A stretch of 64,000 nt of DNA from a virus, in IMG/VR virus record IMGVR_UViG_3300028394_000045, positions 32,001 to 96,000 of that record; one strand, 5' to 3'. Shown piece by piece: positions 45,817 to 55,428 of this stretch (within the stretch, counting starts at the first letter, position 1; each line of letters begins with the position of its first letter). The translations under genes and the position numbers were made by a program. Under the pieces are notes generated by a model that saw nothing but the letters and a program-made list of their open reading frames with translations, had not been told where the DNA came from and did no database searches.

Positions 45817-46721
45817 TCGTCCAAGGTGCTTACAACCGGACCGCTCATGGCAGCCATACCTGCCTTGCCTGAATTCTGTCGAGTCCATGACGGATTGAGT
45901 CCGTTCATCTCAAGGATGTCATCACGGATGTTTTGCATCTTCTTCTCAATGTTCAAGATACGGGTAAAACTGTTGGTGATAGCAGCAGTGTAATACGCAA
46001 ACGGATTCTGCGATTTTGACTCGTCAAACTGCAATCCAATCTGGCTCAACTGTAACAAGGCTTGCCCACGCATCTCTTCATTGTAGGTGTATCCACGCCA
46101 GTTTGATCTAGTGGCATAGCGTTCGCACAACTTCATGAACATGGTGGCCAACTTGCGTGTCATCTCTCCATGATCCTTTGAAAATTCGCCATCATCGAGA
46201 CTGCCCTTCCAATGACTGCGTCCTACGATAAACGGTGCTTTTTCTTCATCTATACGGTAGTGTTCAAACGGTGGAAAATTCAATCTCACGTGATTCAAAC
46301 TCAACACTGGTACATCTAACAACTCGGCCAAAGGATCATCTTCTTCCACAGCATCGTCTAGATCTAGTATGTCTTCCAGGCGTTTGCGTTTAGCTTTGGC
46401 TTCTGCTTTGGTTATTTTCTTCGGAGCCATAGGCACATGGTCCCACACGGTGATACGAAAAACAATATCTGTGTTGGGGATTTTCTTGGGATCAACAATC
46501 TCACCAGTTTCTCTTTTGATGCGATCTGCACGGTTTCGGCGTGCTTCGGCAATGGTGCGTTGATTTATTTTGTCAAGACTGGGCAAGATGATATCAAATT
46601 GATGATCCGCCCCACGGTCTTGATACCAGCAGTAGTTGTTTTTGCTTAGATGTATTTCTTTTAAGATATCTCTGTTGTTGAGATAGTTCACACGGGGGGC
46701 TGACTTTGGTAATAAAGACAT
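45813..46721 (-). CDS. gp55: Late transcription sigma factor (gp55-like)
   Basis: YLNNRDILKEI, NWRGYTYNEEM and FDESKSQNPFAYYT...F.R.L..EKK; AGGAGA RBS before ATG 46721. Confidence 0.9.
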   Translation of the reverse strand: MSLLPKSAPRVNYLNNRDILKEIHLSKNNYCWYQDRGADHQFDIILPSLDKINQRTIAEARRNRADRIKRETGEIVDPKKIPNTDIVFRITVWDHVPMAPKKITKAEAKAKRKRLEDILDLDDAVEEDDPLAELLDVPVLSLNHVRLNFPPFEHYRIDEEKAPFIVGRSHWKGSLDDGEFSKDHGEMTRKLATMFMKLCERYATRSNWRGYTYNEEMRGQALLQLSQIGLQFDESKSQNPFAYYTAAITNSFTRILNIEKKMQNIRDDILEMNGLNPSWTRQNSGKAGMAAMSGPVVSTLDE

Positions 46722-46737
46722 GAATTCTCCTGATATA

Positions 46738-46770
46738 TATTTATTGTAACACACTGTGTGATGTTGTCAA
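46738..46770 (-). promoter_or_regulatory. Sigma70-type promoter (TTGACA-N16-TACAAT) overlapping a TAAATA motif, upstream of gp55
   Basis: Minus strand reads TTGACA ACATCACACAGTGTGT TACAAT AAATA. Confidence 0.65.
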
Positions 46771-46825
46771 CCTTTATATAAACTATGCCGTTTTTCCACC
46801 TGCTAAATAAGATACAGGAACAAAA

Positions 46826-48556
46826 ATGGCATACGATCCCAATCAAGCAGGACTATTTAACAAGCTGATACAAACTGGCCTAAACACGGCCAATGCAGCC
46901 GTACAATCCGGCATAGCTGCCACAAAAGATTTTGCACTGGGCAACAACGGCAATCTTGGTTCATTGATACCCGGAGCCAATGCTGTGCCAGCAACTGCAC
47001 AGGCCACATTCCAGGCTGTGGATTTTGCACAAACAGTATCCGGACTACCCACACAGATGGCAGCATTAGCCACTAGTGCATTGCCGCCACTGTCTGCACT
47101 GCCAACTGTAGAGATTGCACCAAGACCGGTAACTGGACTGGACCTTACTGCTACCAGTCCATTTGCTCCATTTGAGCAAGTACAAGCAGTGCCTCGCCCC
47201 ACACTGGCCGCCGAGGCAGCACCCAGTCCTACTCAATTTTCTCCTACAGACCCAAGGGTATCTTCGTCTATCCCTAATCCAGTGATAGTGACCACTTCTG
47301 ATGCTGCACGTGATGCGGCAATCAGTGCATCACGACCTGGGTACGACCAAGCACCGCCGGTGACTGACACAAACATACCAGGGGGCATACGACCACAGGA
47401 TGTGGGACCAGCCAACACCGCTCCTGCACCACAACTGGTACCCACCCAGACACTTGATCCTGCCACTGCCCAACAAGCATTGGCAACAGCGCCTACTCCG
47501 CCCAATGAAAGTGCCGCAGAAACTGCCAGATTGGCCGCAGCCGGAAATGCAGATCCCAACAATTATGTTGAAACTTTTGCGCCACGCCCAGCAGATGAAT
47601 TTGCAGGTATAGACCAGCAGGTGGCTGCAAACACAGCACGCAATGCAGAGAATCAGAGCAACGCCGAAACAGCTCGTCTGAACAATGCCAATCAGCAGGC
47701 TGCAATACAATCCACGTACAAGCAACCGGGCAATATTGAGTGGCGATTCCGTATCAGTCTTGCAGAAGGCGCCGATTATCTTTACAAGGTTCCTCCTAAA
47801 TCTCCTAATAACTCTAACAAAGTTGGCGGTGCCGGCGGGGTTGGTTCTCCGGGTGCCGGCATACTAGAACCTCTAAGAGGAACCAACGGAGTGATATTTC
47901 CCTACACTCCTCAGGTGCAGATGAGTTATAGAGCCAAATACAACAGCTATGAACTGGTGCATTCAAATTATCGAGGCGCATTCTATCAGAACAGCAGCGT
48001 GGATGACATCAGCATACGTGGTACATTCACTGCACAAGATACCAGTGAAGCAGCATACATGTTGGCTGTGATACATTTTTTCAGATCAGTTACCAAGATG
48101 TTCTATGGCCAAGACAAACAACGCGGCGCACCACCTCCATTGGTGTATCTCAATGGATTAGGCGAATATCAATTCAACAATCATCCTGCGGTGGTCACAT
48201 CATTCGACTATTCGTTGCCTGCAGATGTAGATTACATACGAGCCAACAATCCCAACAATTTTGGCACTGATTTGTTGAGCCGCCGGCCATCTTATGCAGC
48301 GCCACCATCCAACCCGCTGGTGGGAATAGCCAGTAGATTGGGATTGTCCGGATTGTTTCCGGGCGCTACCCCAAACAAACCCAGTCCACAGCCTGTAACT
48401 AATTCAGTAAACAACACAGCAGCAGCCACATACGTTCCCACCAAGATAGAGATAAGTCTGACTCTCATGCCTATGCAAACCAGAGAACAAGTCAGCAAAC
48501 TATTCAGCCTGGCTGATTTCGCCAATGGTAACCTAATACGCGGAGGATTCTGGTAA
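46826..48556 (+). CDS. Baseplate/tail-tube initiator-like protein (gp48/gp54-like) with P/A-rich N-terminal extension
   Basis: GVIFPYTP, HFFRSVTKMFYG and PPPLVYL...FNNHP.VV.SF; first gene of the baseplate operon. Confidence 0.55.
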   Translation: MAYDPNQAGLFNKLIQTGLNTANAAVQSGIAATKDFALGNNGNLGSLIPGANAVPATAQATFQAVDFAQTVSGLPTQMAALATSALPPLSALPTVEIAPRPVTGLDLTATSPFAPFEQVQAVPRPTLAAEAAPSPTQFSPTDPRVSSSIPNPVIVTTSDAARDAAISASRPGYDQAPPVTDTNIPGGIRPQDVGPANTAPAPQLVPTQTLDPATAQQALATAPTPPNESAAETARLAAAGNADPNNYVETFAPRPADEFAGIDQQVAANTARNAENQSNAETARLNNANQQAAIQSTYKQPGNIEWRFRISLAEGADYLYKVPPKSPNNSNKVGGAGGVGSPGAGILEPLRGTNGVIFPYTPQVQMSYRAKYNSYELVHSNYRGAFYQNSSVDDISIRGTFTAQDTSEAAYMLAVIHFFRSVTKMFYGQDKQRGAPPPLVYLNGLGEYQFNNHPAVVTSFDYSLPADVDYIRANNPNNFGTDLLSRRPSYAAPPSNPLVGIASRLGLSGLFPGATPNKPSPQPVTNSVNNTAAATYVPTKIEISLTLMPMQTREQVSKLFSLADFANGNLIRGGFW

Positions 48557-48855
48557 TGGCCACCTACGACACAACCAGTCCATACTACAACACACCATTC
48601 ACTCAGTTCTATCTTGACAAGATGGTCAACCGACCTATCCCGGTAGAGAATGATGATCTTACATTTACGATAAATCTCACATATCAATATCGTCCTGACT
48701 TGTTGGCCTATGATCTGTATGGGACTCCGAGTCTGTGGTGGGTGTTCTATCAACGCAATCCTAACACCCTGACCAAACCACCATTTGATTTTGTAGCAAA
48801 CACTTTTATCTATCTGCCCAAACTCGGCACATTGAAAACAGCACTGGGATTCTAA
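48556..48855 (+). CDS. gp53: Baseplate wedge protein (gp53/LysM-like)
   Basis: YRPDLLAYDLYG...LWWVF..RN motif. Confidence 0.8.
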   Translation: MATYDTTSPYYNTPFTQFYLDKMVNRPIPVENDDLTFTINLTYQYRPDLLAYDLYGTPSLWWVFYQRNPNTLTKPPFDFVANTFIYLPKLGTLKTALGF

Positions 48856-48858
48856 CAT

Positions 48859-51753
48859 ATGGCTACTGTTAATAGTAATGGACTTATCAGGAACAAGCAG
48901 GATGAAATTGCGTTTCTTAACAAATACATAGCCAGTTTAGAAGCTGATCTTACCAAACCCGAATACGCTCTTCCGGGATATCAGAAACAATTACTAACGC
49001 GGATTGCTGCCAGCAAAGAACAGCTGGCAGGTGTAGAAACCGCAGTGGCAGAGGCTCCAGCTGTGGCTGCTGCACAACCAACTCCCAGTTCTACTGCCGC
49101 CTCGGCTCCGACCCCTGTTGAGCCGGGACCGGGCACTACCGGAACAGTGGTTGCCAAAGCTGCTCCACCCACGGCTGGTGCTCCCGTCTATGGTCCTAAT
49201 ACAGTATACACAACTGAAGTCAATGGCGTAGGCAATAAGCCTGTTAGTAGAGAAGAAACGGCAGCAACACCTGCTGTTCGAGTTAATGTGACCGGTGTTG
49301 GCCCAAAAATTATATTACCAACACCCAATGTACTGGACAAATTCAGCAGCTACACATATCAGGCGTCGGTCTATCTATTGACTCCTGCACAGTATGGTAA
49401 TTTTCAAGATGGCAATAGGATTATTCCCAACAGCCAACTCTTGTTCCAGAGTGGAGGCAAAGCCCCGGGCACTGGTAATAAATTTTTTGATCATGATTTT
49501 TACATAGACAACATAACCATAGAAACTCTCATGGCCGGCAAACAGACCCAAGGCGCGCACATGGCCACAGATATAAAATTCACTGTGACCGAGCCCACAG
49601 GTATCACACTGTTAGACAGACTAAAAAATGCTGTGAAAGCTCAACGTCCAGCCGGTGATAAATCCAACTGGGCAGCAGCGCACTATCTCATGGTCATAAG
49701 TTTTTTTGGTTACGATCAAACCGGCAATCTAGTCACACCTGGCAATACTGCAACCACAGCCGGCGCTCAGAATTCAAAAGCGGTTGTGGTAAAATACATT
49801 CCTTTTTTGATAAAAGGTGTCAATTGGTCAGTGGGTAACAAATTAGTCAGCTATGAGTTTACTGGTGCACCAGTGGGACAGCTGACTGGCGGCAGTTCAA
49901 AAAGTGGAACTATCTCATCAGATTTTCAGATCACTGCCGGCACGGTGGGTGAATTTTTTGGCGGCAGATCTATCACTTCAGCAGGACCTGCTGACGCTCC
50001 GGCAGATTCTCCTGGGCAGAGCACCACGCCATTCAAAAGCACCGGTGGCGGCGGAGCAAACGCACCCGAACCTGCTGTGGCAGCGCCTACGTCTTCTGCC
50101 GGGGGATTAGTGGAAGCACTAAACGCAAATGCAAAACGAGTAGCAAAGCAATCTGGATGGCAACAGCCCGACACATACGACATTGTGTTTGTGAATGCTG
50201 AAGAAATTAAATCGGCTTCGTTGGGAGCCTTGGAAACTTTCAAAGACAAGAAGATTGTGCCAATGGGTCGACCTGCATTTCTGTCACCTGGCAGTTTGGA
50301 TTCCTCTAAGACCCCTGCTTCCATTACCAGATATACGATTCCCATAACTGCCGGAATGCCTATTATCAAAATGCTGGATCTTGTCATACGTGACAGCCGA
50401 TACATTACACAAAAGCAAATAACAAAAAATGATTCCGACGGCGGCACAGGTGCAAGCAGCAATAACACTGATCCACCAACCTGGTATCTGATCACATTTT
50501 CTGCCAGGCCCATTGGCGACGCCATTGATCCCATCCGAAACGATTATGCCTACAACATGCGATATACCATAACCAAGTATGCAGTACCAAATTTACATAG
50601 CACTAGATTTCCTGTATTGAAAACATTTCCGGGGCTACACAAAGAATACAAATATTGGTTCACCGGAGAAAACAAAGCCATACTTGATTTCTCGGCAAGA
50701 TTTGACAGCATGTACCAAATGACAGTCAATGGTGCCGGCGACACATCGGCCTTGGATGCACAGACGAGGATACTATCTGCCAGCAAAAATGATCTTTATC
50801 GAGATGAAGTTTACCTTTTAAAAACAGGATATGCACCTCGAAGCACACAACCTGTGGGCCTTGGGTCCAACAATGTCAACGAAGGCAGCGCGAATGCTGC
50901 CGAATATCTTTACTCGCCCGAAATGCTAGGCAGCTCTAAGATCCGAATAATCGGCGATCCTGCCTGGATACAGCAAGGTAGTTTGGTTAGCCCTATCGGG
51001 ATCAATGGATTCAAACAAGAAGCTGATCTGGGATTTTTGCCCGACGGCACTATTTCTTTTGATACCGTACAAGCATTATACGAGATTGCATGGCAACGTC
51101 CCGAGGACTATGATATCTCCACCGGCCTGGCTGATCCGTATGCCAAAACATTCCAAAAATATGGCGAACGAGAACCATTGCAAAGTAATATCTATCAGGC
51201 AACAAAGGTAGTGCATGAATTCCGTAACGGACAATTTGAACAGACCATTGAAGGATTGATATGCCTGTTCAACAAACCAAAGCAGATCACCACAGCAGCC
51301 CAATACTCAGCTGCAGATAGTAGTCGAGTGGCCATTGGTGAGTCTCCAAGCGAGCGAACTCAACCTGCAACAGCATCGGCGTCAAACAGATTTGCAACCA
51401 ATACTAATACAGCAGCAGCATCAGTGGTATCGGCAGCAGCACTCAGCACAGGCACCACACCGGCCCCGGCCCAGCCGGCAGCAGTTGCCGGTTCAAATGT
51501 ACCAGCTACCACAGCAGAACAATATGCCGCGATAGATAACGCTCGGGGCCCAATAACTGAAGTGCAAAATGTGGTACCGTCATTGCCTCCCACAGCAGTG
51601 ACCAGCAATGGACAAACAGTGGGCGGATACGGATTTGGGGCAGTACTGAATTCACCTCCGGTACTGGTGCCCGGTGCAGGCCGAACATCAATTGATGCAT
51701 TGCAGGCTTCCGCAGTAAATATACCACCTTATCTAACACGTAGAGATCCATAA
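48859..51753 (+). CDS. Large baseplate hub-like protein
   Basis: Lies between the gp53-like and gp5-like genes; IIGDPAWI and Y....V.HEF..GQFEQ hub-like motifs. Confidence 0.5.
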   Translation: MATVNSNGLIRNKQDEIAFLNKYIASLEADLTKPEYALPGYQKQLLTRIAASKEQLAGVETAVAEAPAVAAAQPTPSSTAASAPTPVEPGPGTTGTVVAKAAPPTAGAPVYGPNTVYTTEVNGVGNKPVSREETAATPAVRVNVTGVGPKIILPTPNVLDKFSSYTYQASVYLLTPAQYGNFQDGNRIIPNSQLLFQSGGKAPGTGNKFFDHDFYIDNITIETLMAGKQTQGAHMATDIKFTVTEPTGITLLDRLKNAVKAQRPAGDKSNWAAAHYLMVISFFGYDQTGNLVTPGNTATTAGAQNSKAVVVKYIPFLIKGVNWSVGNKLVSYEFTGAPVGQLTGGSSKSGTISSDFQITAGTVGEFFGGRSITSAGPADAPADSPGQSTTPFKSTGGGGANAPEPAVAAPTSSAGGLVEALNANAKRVAKQSGWQQPDTYDIVFVNAEEIKSASLGALETFKDKKIVPMGRPAFLSPGSLDSSKTPASITRYTIPITAGMPIIKMLDLVIRDSRYITQKQITKNDSDGGTGASSNNTDPPTWYLITFSARPIGDAIDPIRNDYAYNMRYTITKYAVPNLHSTRFPVLKTFPGLHKEYKYWFTGENKAILDFSARFDSMYQMTVNGAGDTSALDAQTRILSASKNDLYRDEVYLLKTGYAPRSTQPVGLGSNNVNEGSANAAEYLYSPEMLGSSKIRIIGDPAWIQQGSLVSPIGINGFKQEADLGFLPDGTISFDTVQALYEIAWQRPEDYDISTGLADPYAKTFQKYGEREPLQSNIYQATKVVHEFRNGQFEQTIEGLICLFNKPKQITTAAQYSAADSSRVAIGESPSERTQPATASASNRFATNTNTAAASVVSAAALSTGTTPAPAQPAAVAGSNVPATTAEQYAAIDNARGPITEVQNVVPSLPPTAVTSNGQTVGGYGFGAVLNSPPVLVPGAGRTSIDALQASAVNIPPYLTRRDP

Positions 51754-53300
51754 TGGCAAATAATATTCAGCGCAATAAAAAAGACCCCAGTTATAGATTT
51801 GATCGTGGTGGATACCCGGCAGAATTTGGTCCATTCACTGGAGTGATCAAATCTACTGTGGATCCTACTAGATCTGGTAGACTGCAGGTATACATTGACG
51901 CGTTTGTTTCCGGGAATCCCGGAACCAATGTGGTTGCCGCAACTTCGCCCGAGGACGATCCTCAGAATTGGACCACGGTCAGCTACATGCAACAATTTGG
52001 TGGGTCTACCCCTCCACCTCCTGCTGGTGGGTCTACCGACTCACTCGGCAGCTACCCAGGAAATCAAAACAGCTATGGCATGTGGTTTACTCCGCCGGAT
52101 GTGGGTGTGACTGTGCTGTGTGTATTTGTGAACGGTCAACGAGATCAAGGATACTACATTGGTACTGTGCCTGAACAAGGGCTAGGCGGCATGTTGCCGG
52201 CCATTGGGTCCAGTTCACAATATATCATTGATGACAATAACGAAAACCAAAAACAATATTTTAATGCAGTTCCGTTATTGCCAGTATCGGAAATCAATAC
52301 CAATAACTCAGAAATTTTTAATAATCCGGCATTCTTCAATCAACCTAAACCTGTACATAGTTATGTGGCAGGCATCATGTTCCAGCAAGGGCTTATAAAC
52401 GATCCTGAGCGCGGACCCATCAGAAGTTCCAGTCAACGTGAAACACCCAGTGCTGTGTTTGGAGTGAGTACTCCGGGCGGTCCTATCTATCAGGGTGGTA
52501 TGAAACCCAAAAACATTCGAAAGCAAATAAACGACGGAACTATTAAACCAGGGCAGGCAGAGGTGTTAGGGCGGGTGGGCGGTCATACTTTGGTAATGGA
52601 TGATGGTGACCTTGAAGATAACAATCAACTATTCCGACTAAGAACCAGCAAAGGTCATCAGATTACCATGAATGATAGCGGAAACTTTTTCTATATTGTT
52701 CATGCCAATGGGCAAACCTGGTTGGAGTTTGGAGCAGAAGGCACAGTAGATATATATTCTACCAACTCTATCAACATGCGTACCGCAGGGGATATAAATT
52801 TCCACGCGGACAGAGACATCAACATGTTTGCCGGTAGAAACGTACAGATCAAAAGTACTAATCGCATGCAGTTAGAAAGTGCAGGCAACATGGTACTCAA
52901 TGCGCAACAAGACATAACCATGTACAGCAAAGCCACCATTGGAGTCAAAGCTGACGGTGCCCTCACTATCAACAGTGCGTCCGGCAGCTGGGGTAGTGGC
53001 AGTGAATTAATAGTCACTGCGGAGCAGGTTGATATCAATGGACCAGCTGCCGGCCGTGTTGCCACACCCAACCCGGTGACCAAAACTCTTTTTTCAGACA
53101 TACAATTCAGCACCAGCAACGGTTGGGTGGCTGCACCCGATGATTTGAACAGTATTTGCAGCAGGATAGTCACGCATGAACCATATCCATATCACAACAA
53201 AGGTGTGGATGTTCCTACGTTCAACTTTGAAAAAGGAAAACCCACACCGCCACCGGGTGCAGAGCCGGTGCCCGCCGGCGTAGAAATCATAGCGAAATAA
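51753..53300 (+). CDS. gp5: Baseplate central spike (gp5/VgrG-like OB fold plus beta-helix)
   Basis: DPTRSGRLQV, YGMWFTPPDVG..VL and GH...MDD...RT.KGHQI, followed by beta-repeats. Confidence 0.82.
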   Translation: MANNIQRNKKDPSYRFDRGGYPAEFGPFTGVIKSTVDPTRSGRLQVYIDAFVSGNPGTNVVAATSPEDDPQNWTTVSYMQQFGGSTPPPPAGGSTDSLGSYPGNQNSYGMWFTPPDVGVTVLCVFVNGQRDQGYYIGTVPEQGLGGMLPAIGSSSQYIIDDNNENQKQYFNAVPLLPVSEINTNNSEIFNNPAFFNQPKPVHSYVAGIMFQQGLINDPERGPIRSSSQRETPSAVFGVSTPGGPIYQGGMKPKNIRKQINDGTIKPGQAEVLGRVGGHTLVMDDGDLEDNNQLFRLRTSKGHQITMNDSGNFFYIVHANGQTWLEFGAEGTVDIYSTNSINMRTAGDINFHADRDINMFAGRNVQIKSTNRMQLESAGNMVLNAQQDITMYSKATIGVKADGALTINSASGSWGSGSELIVTAEQVDINGPAAGRVATPNPVTKTLFSDIQFSTSNGWVAAPDDLNSICSRIVTHEPYPYHNKGVDVPTFNFEKGKPTPPPGAEPVPAGVEIIAK

Positions 53301-53301
53301 C

Positions 53302-54969
53302 ATGGCCGGATTTACATTTACCTTACCCAATGGTCAGCCGTTTGAAATCAAAGGGCCGCCGGGCCTTAACTTTGATCAAGCCAAGGCCATCTTTGACAAG
53401 CAAGCTGCCACAGGATCATTGATCGGTCTCAAGCCGGGAGATGTGCTGAGTGCATCCACACAAGCCCAGGCTGGATTACAAAGTGCTCAAGCTCAAATAG
53501 GGCAAGCATTGAGTGGGGTCACAGGTTCTTTAGGCGCAGGCATACCCGGCGCAGCCGGCCTTGTAGGCAGTGCATCAAAAAGTCTAGCCGGCATAGGTGG
53601 TGCATTGAGTGGCAGTCTTTCTGCAGGTGTTCCAGGACTGACAGGAGCGATAGGCCCGGCAGTATCAAATCTCCAGGGGTCATTGTCCGGCGCAGCCGGT
53701 ACCATTGGATCATTTGCTACCACTGCTATCGGCACACTCAATAAGGCCATTAGTGGTGTACCTGGCGGTGCAACTATCAATACAGCTGATTTTGCCAAAC
53801 AGATTCCAGCATTGGGCGCAATTGGTAAACTCAGTGTGCCGGATGTGACTGGAATCATGGCATCGGCGAAAAATCTAGTGGGGCAAGCAACAGACAAACT
53901 GAGTAACTTGAAAGGAGCAGGGTCATTTGGGTTCGATGCATCTCAGTTGGAAAAAGCTGGTGTGTTTAAACCCGGAACTTCTTTGTTAGCCGCCGTAAAA
54001 GGTGCATCATTAAATGATCTGTTCAAGAGTGCATCTTCATTCACCGGTAAACTGGGGATCAAAAGTGGAGCAGATTTGCTGGCCAGTGCGCCTGCCCAGG
54101 CAAAAATACAGCAAGATCTAATGGTCAAAGGACTGGCCGGTTTATCAACTCTTGGTGTTCCAACCGGAGCTCTTAGTGCTCCTGCATTGGGTGCTGTTGT
54201 TGTCTTAGCTGCTAAAAGTGTTTCCAATGCTGTAGCTTGGCTCAAAGGAGCGCCAGCTGCGGCCGGGGTGCCAGCGTCGGCCGCAACCGCAGCGGCTGCA
54301 ATCGCACCCGGAGTTTCTAATACAGATGTGGCTAATACAACTGCATATGCGGTAAGATATACTGAACAAAAAGTGCCCGAAGTGTTCAAGGCACAAGTAA
54401 CACCTGTTCCGGCCGAAAATACCACCAATCGAGAAACACTCACTGCGGCTACCACAAGAGTACTGGGCAATGACAAGATACCTGAACCCAGCTATGTTAG
54501 CTATCCGCCAGTGTTGGGCGGAGCCACGCAACGTGCCGACCTATTGGCCGCACTGGAAGCTGCCAAGAATGACATAGAACTCACAACAAAACAACTCAAT
54601 GCCGAGGGTGAAAAATTAAAAGTGTTAGAGAATCAACAAGTAATATCTCAGCAGCAATATGATGACATGAGATTTAGTCTCAAAGCGGCAATAGACTTTG
54701 CGGTAAAAACATATGCCCTCACATATGACCCAGCACTGGCCAAGTATGATGCTGCTGTGTCAGCCGGCGGCGGCAATGGTATAGCAGGCAAGGTTATAGA
54801 AGAAACCGGCGATGTATTTGCAGCAAACAACATCACTCGAGTACAAAGCGAATTCTTTAGAATTGTACTCAGTCTCAAAGCCTTGGTCCGAGAACGGTAT
54901 AAACTAACTGCCAGCCTGGCAGAACGTGCCAAGGCATTGAAGACACGTATCTCTACCAATGTCAGCTGA
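53302..54969 (+). CDS. Baseplate-associated hypothetical protein (G/A-rich, C-terminal coiled coil)
   Basis: 555-aa ORF coupled to the gp5-like gene. Confidence 0.6.
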   Translation: MAGFTFTLPNGQPFEIKGPPGLNFDQAKAIFDKQAATGSLIGLKPGDVLSASTQAQAGLQSAQAQIGQALSGVTGSLGAGIPGAAGLVGSASKSLAGIGGALSGSLSAGVPGLTGAIGPAVSNLQGSLSGAAGTIGSFATTAIGTLNKAISGVPGGATINTADFAKQIPALGAIGKLSVPDVTGIMASAKNLVGQATDKLSNLKGAGSFGFDASQLEKAGVFKPGTSLLAAVKGASLNDLFKSASSFTGKLGIKSGADLLASAPAQAKIQQDLMVKGLAGLSTLGVPTGALSAPALGAVVVLAAKSVSNAVAWLKGAPAAAGVPASAATAAAAIAPGVSNTDVANTTAYAVRYTEQKVPEVFKAQVTPVPAENTTNRETLTAATTRVLGNDKIPEPSYVSYPPVLGGATQRADLLAALEAAKNDIELTTKQLNAEGEKLKVLENQQVISQQQYDDMRFSLKAAIDFAVKTYALTYDPALAKYDAAVSAGGGNGIAGKVIEETGDVFAANNITRVQSEFFRIVLSLKALVRERYKLTASLAERAKALKTRISTNVS

Positions 54970-54989
54970 TTTCTATTGGTAAATACGGT

Positions 54990-55367
54990 ATGGCGCAGAC
55001 ATTCATAGGTTTCAATACCATCAACCAGTATAAGAAATTCACTCTCACTGACTTTGAATTGATCAAACGCGATCTTTCCAATGCATTCAATATCCGGCAA
55101 GGTGAACTGCCAGGGCGTCCTGACTATGGCACCATAATGTGGAACTTCTTGTTTGAAAATCAAATTGAAGAACTACAGAATAGCATAGTGGCCGAAGTGC
55201 AACGTGTGGCCGGAGGAGACCCCAGAGTGTTTATTTCGGACATACAGATATTTCCTGAAGAAAACGGTATCTTGATACAGATAGAAGTCACTGTCACGCC
55301 ATCCACTGATGCCACTCGCCTGGGCATATTCTTTGATATCATAAGCCGACGAGCTAGTTTTGTTTAG
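54990..55367 (+). CDS. gp25: Baseplate wedge subunit (gp25-like)
   Basis: IKRDLSNAFNIRQGE..GRPDYG..W..LFE and DPRV motifs. Confidence 0.9.
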   Translation: MAQTFIGFNTINQYKKFTLTDFELIKRDLSNAFNIRQGELPGRPDYGTIMWNFLFENQIEELQNSIVAEVQRVAGGDPRVFISDIQIFPEENGILIQIEVTVTPSTDATRLGIFFDIISRRASFV

Positions 55368-55428
55368 GATAAACTACGCAGTTTTTTGTGTCCATAAATA
55401 AACAACAAGGCACAAAAGGTCAAAACCA

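Noticed and set aside
53900-54130. Degenerate lysozyme-like segment (GSFGFDASQLE...FTGKLGI) in 53302..54969
   Set aside because: The resemblance is too weak and catalytic residues could not be identified.
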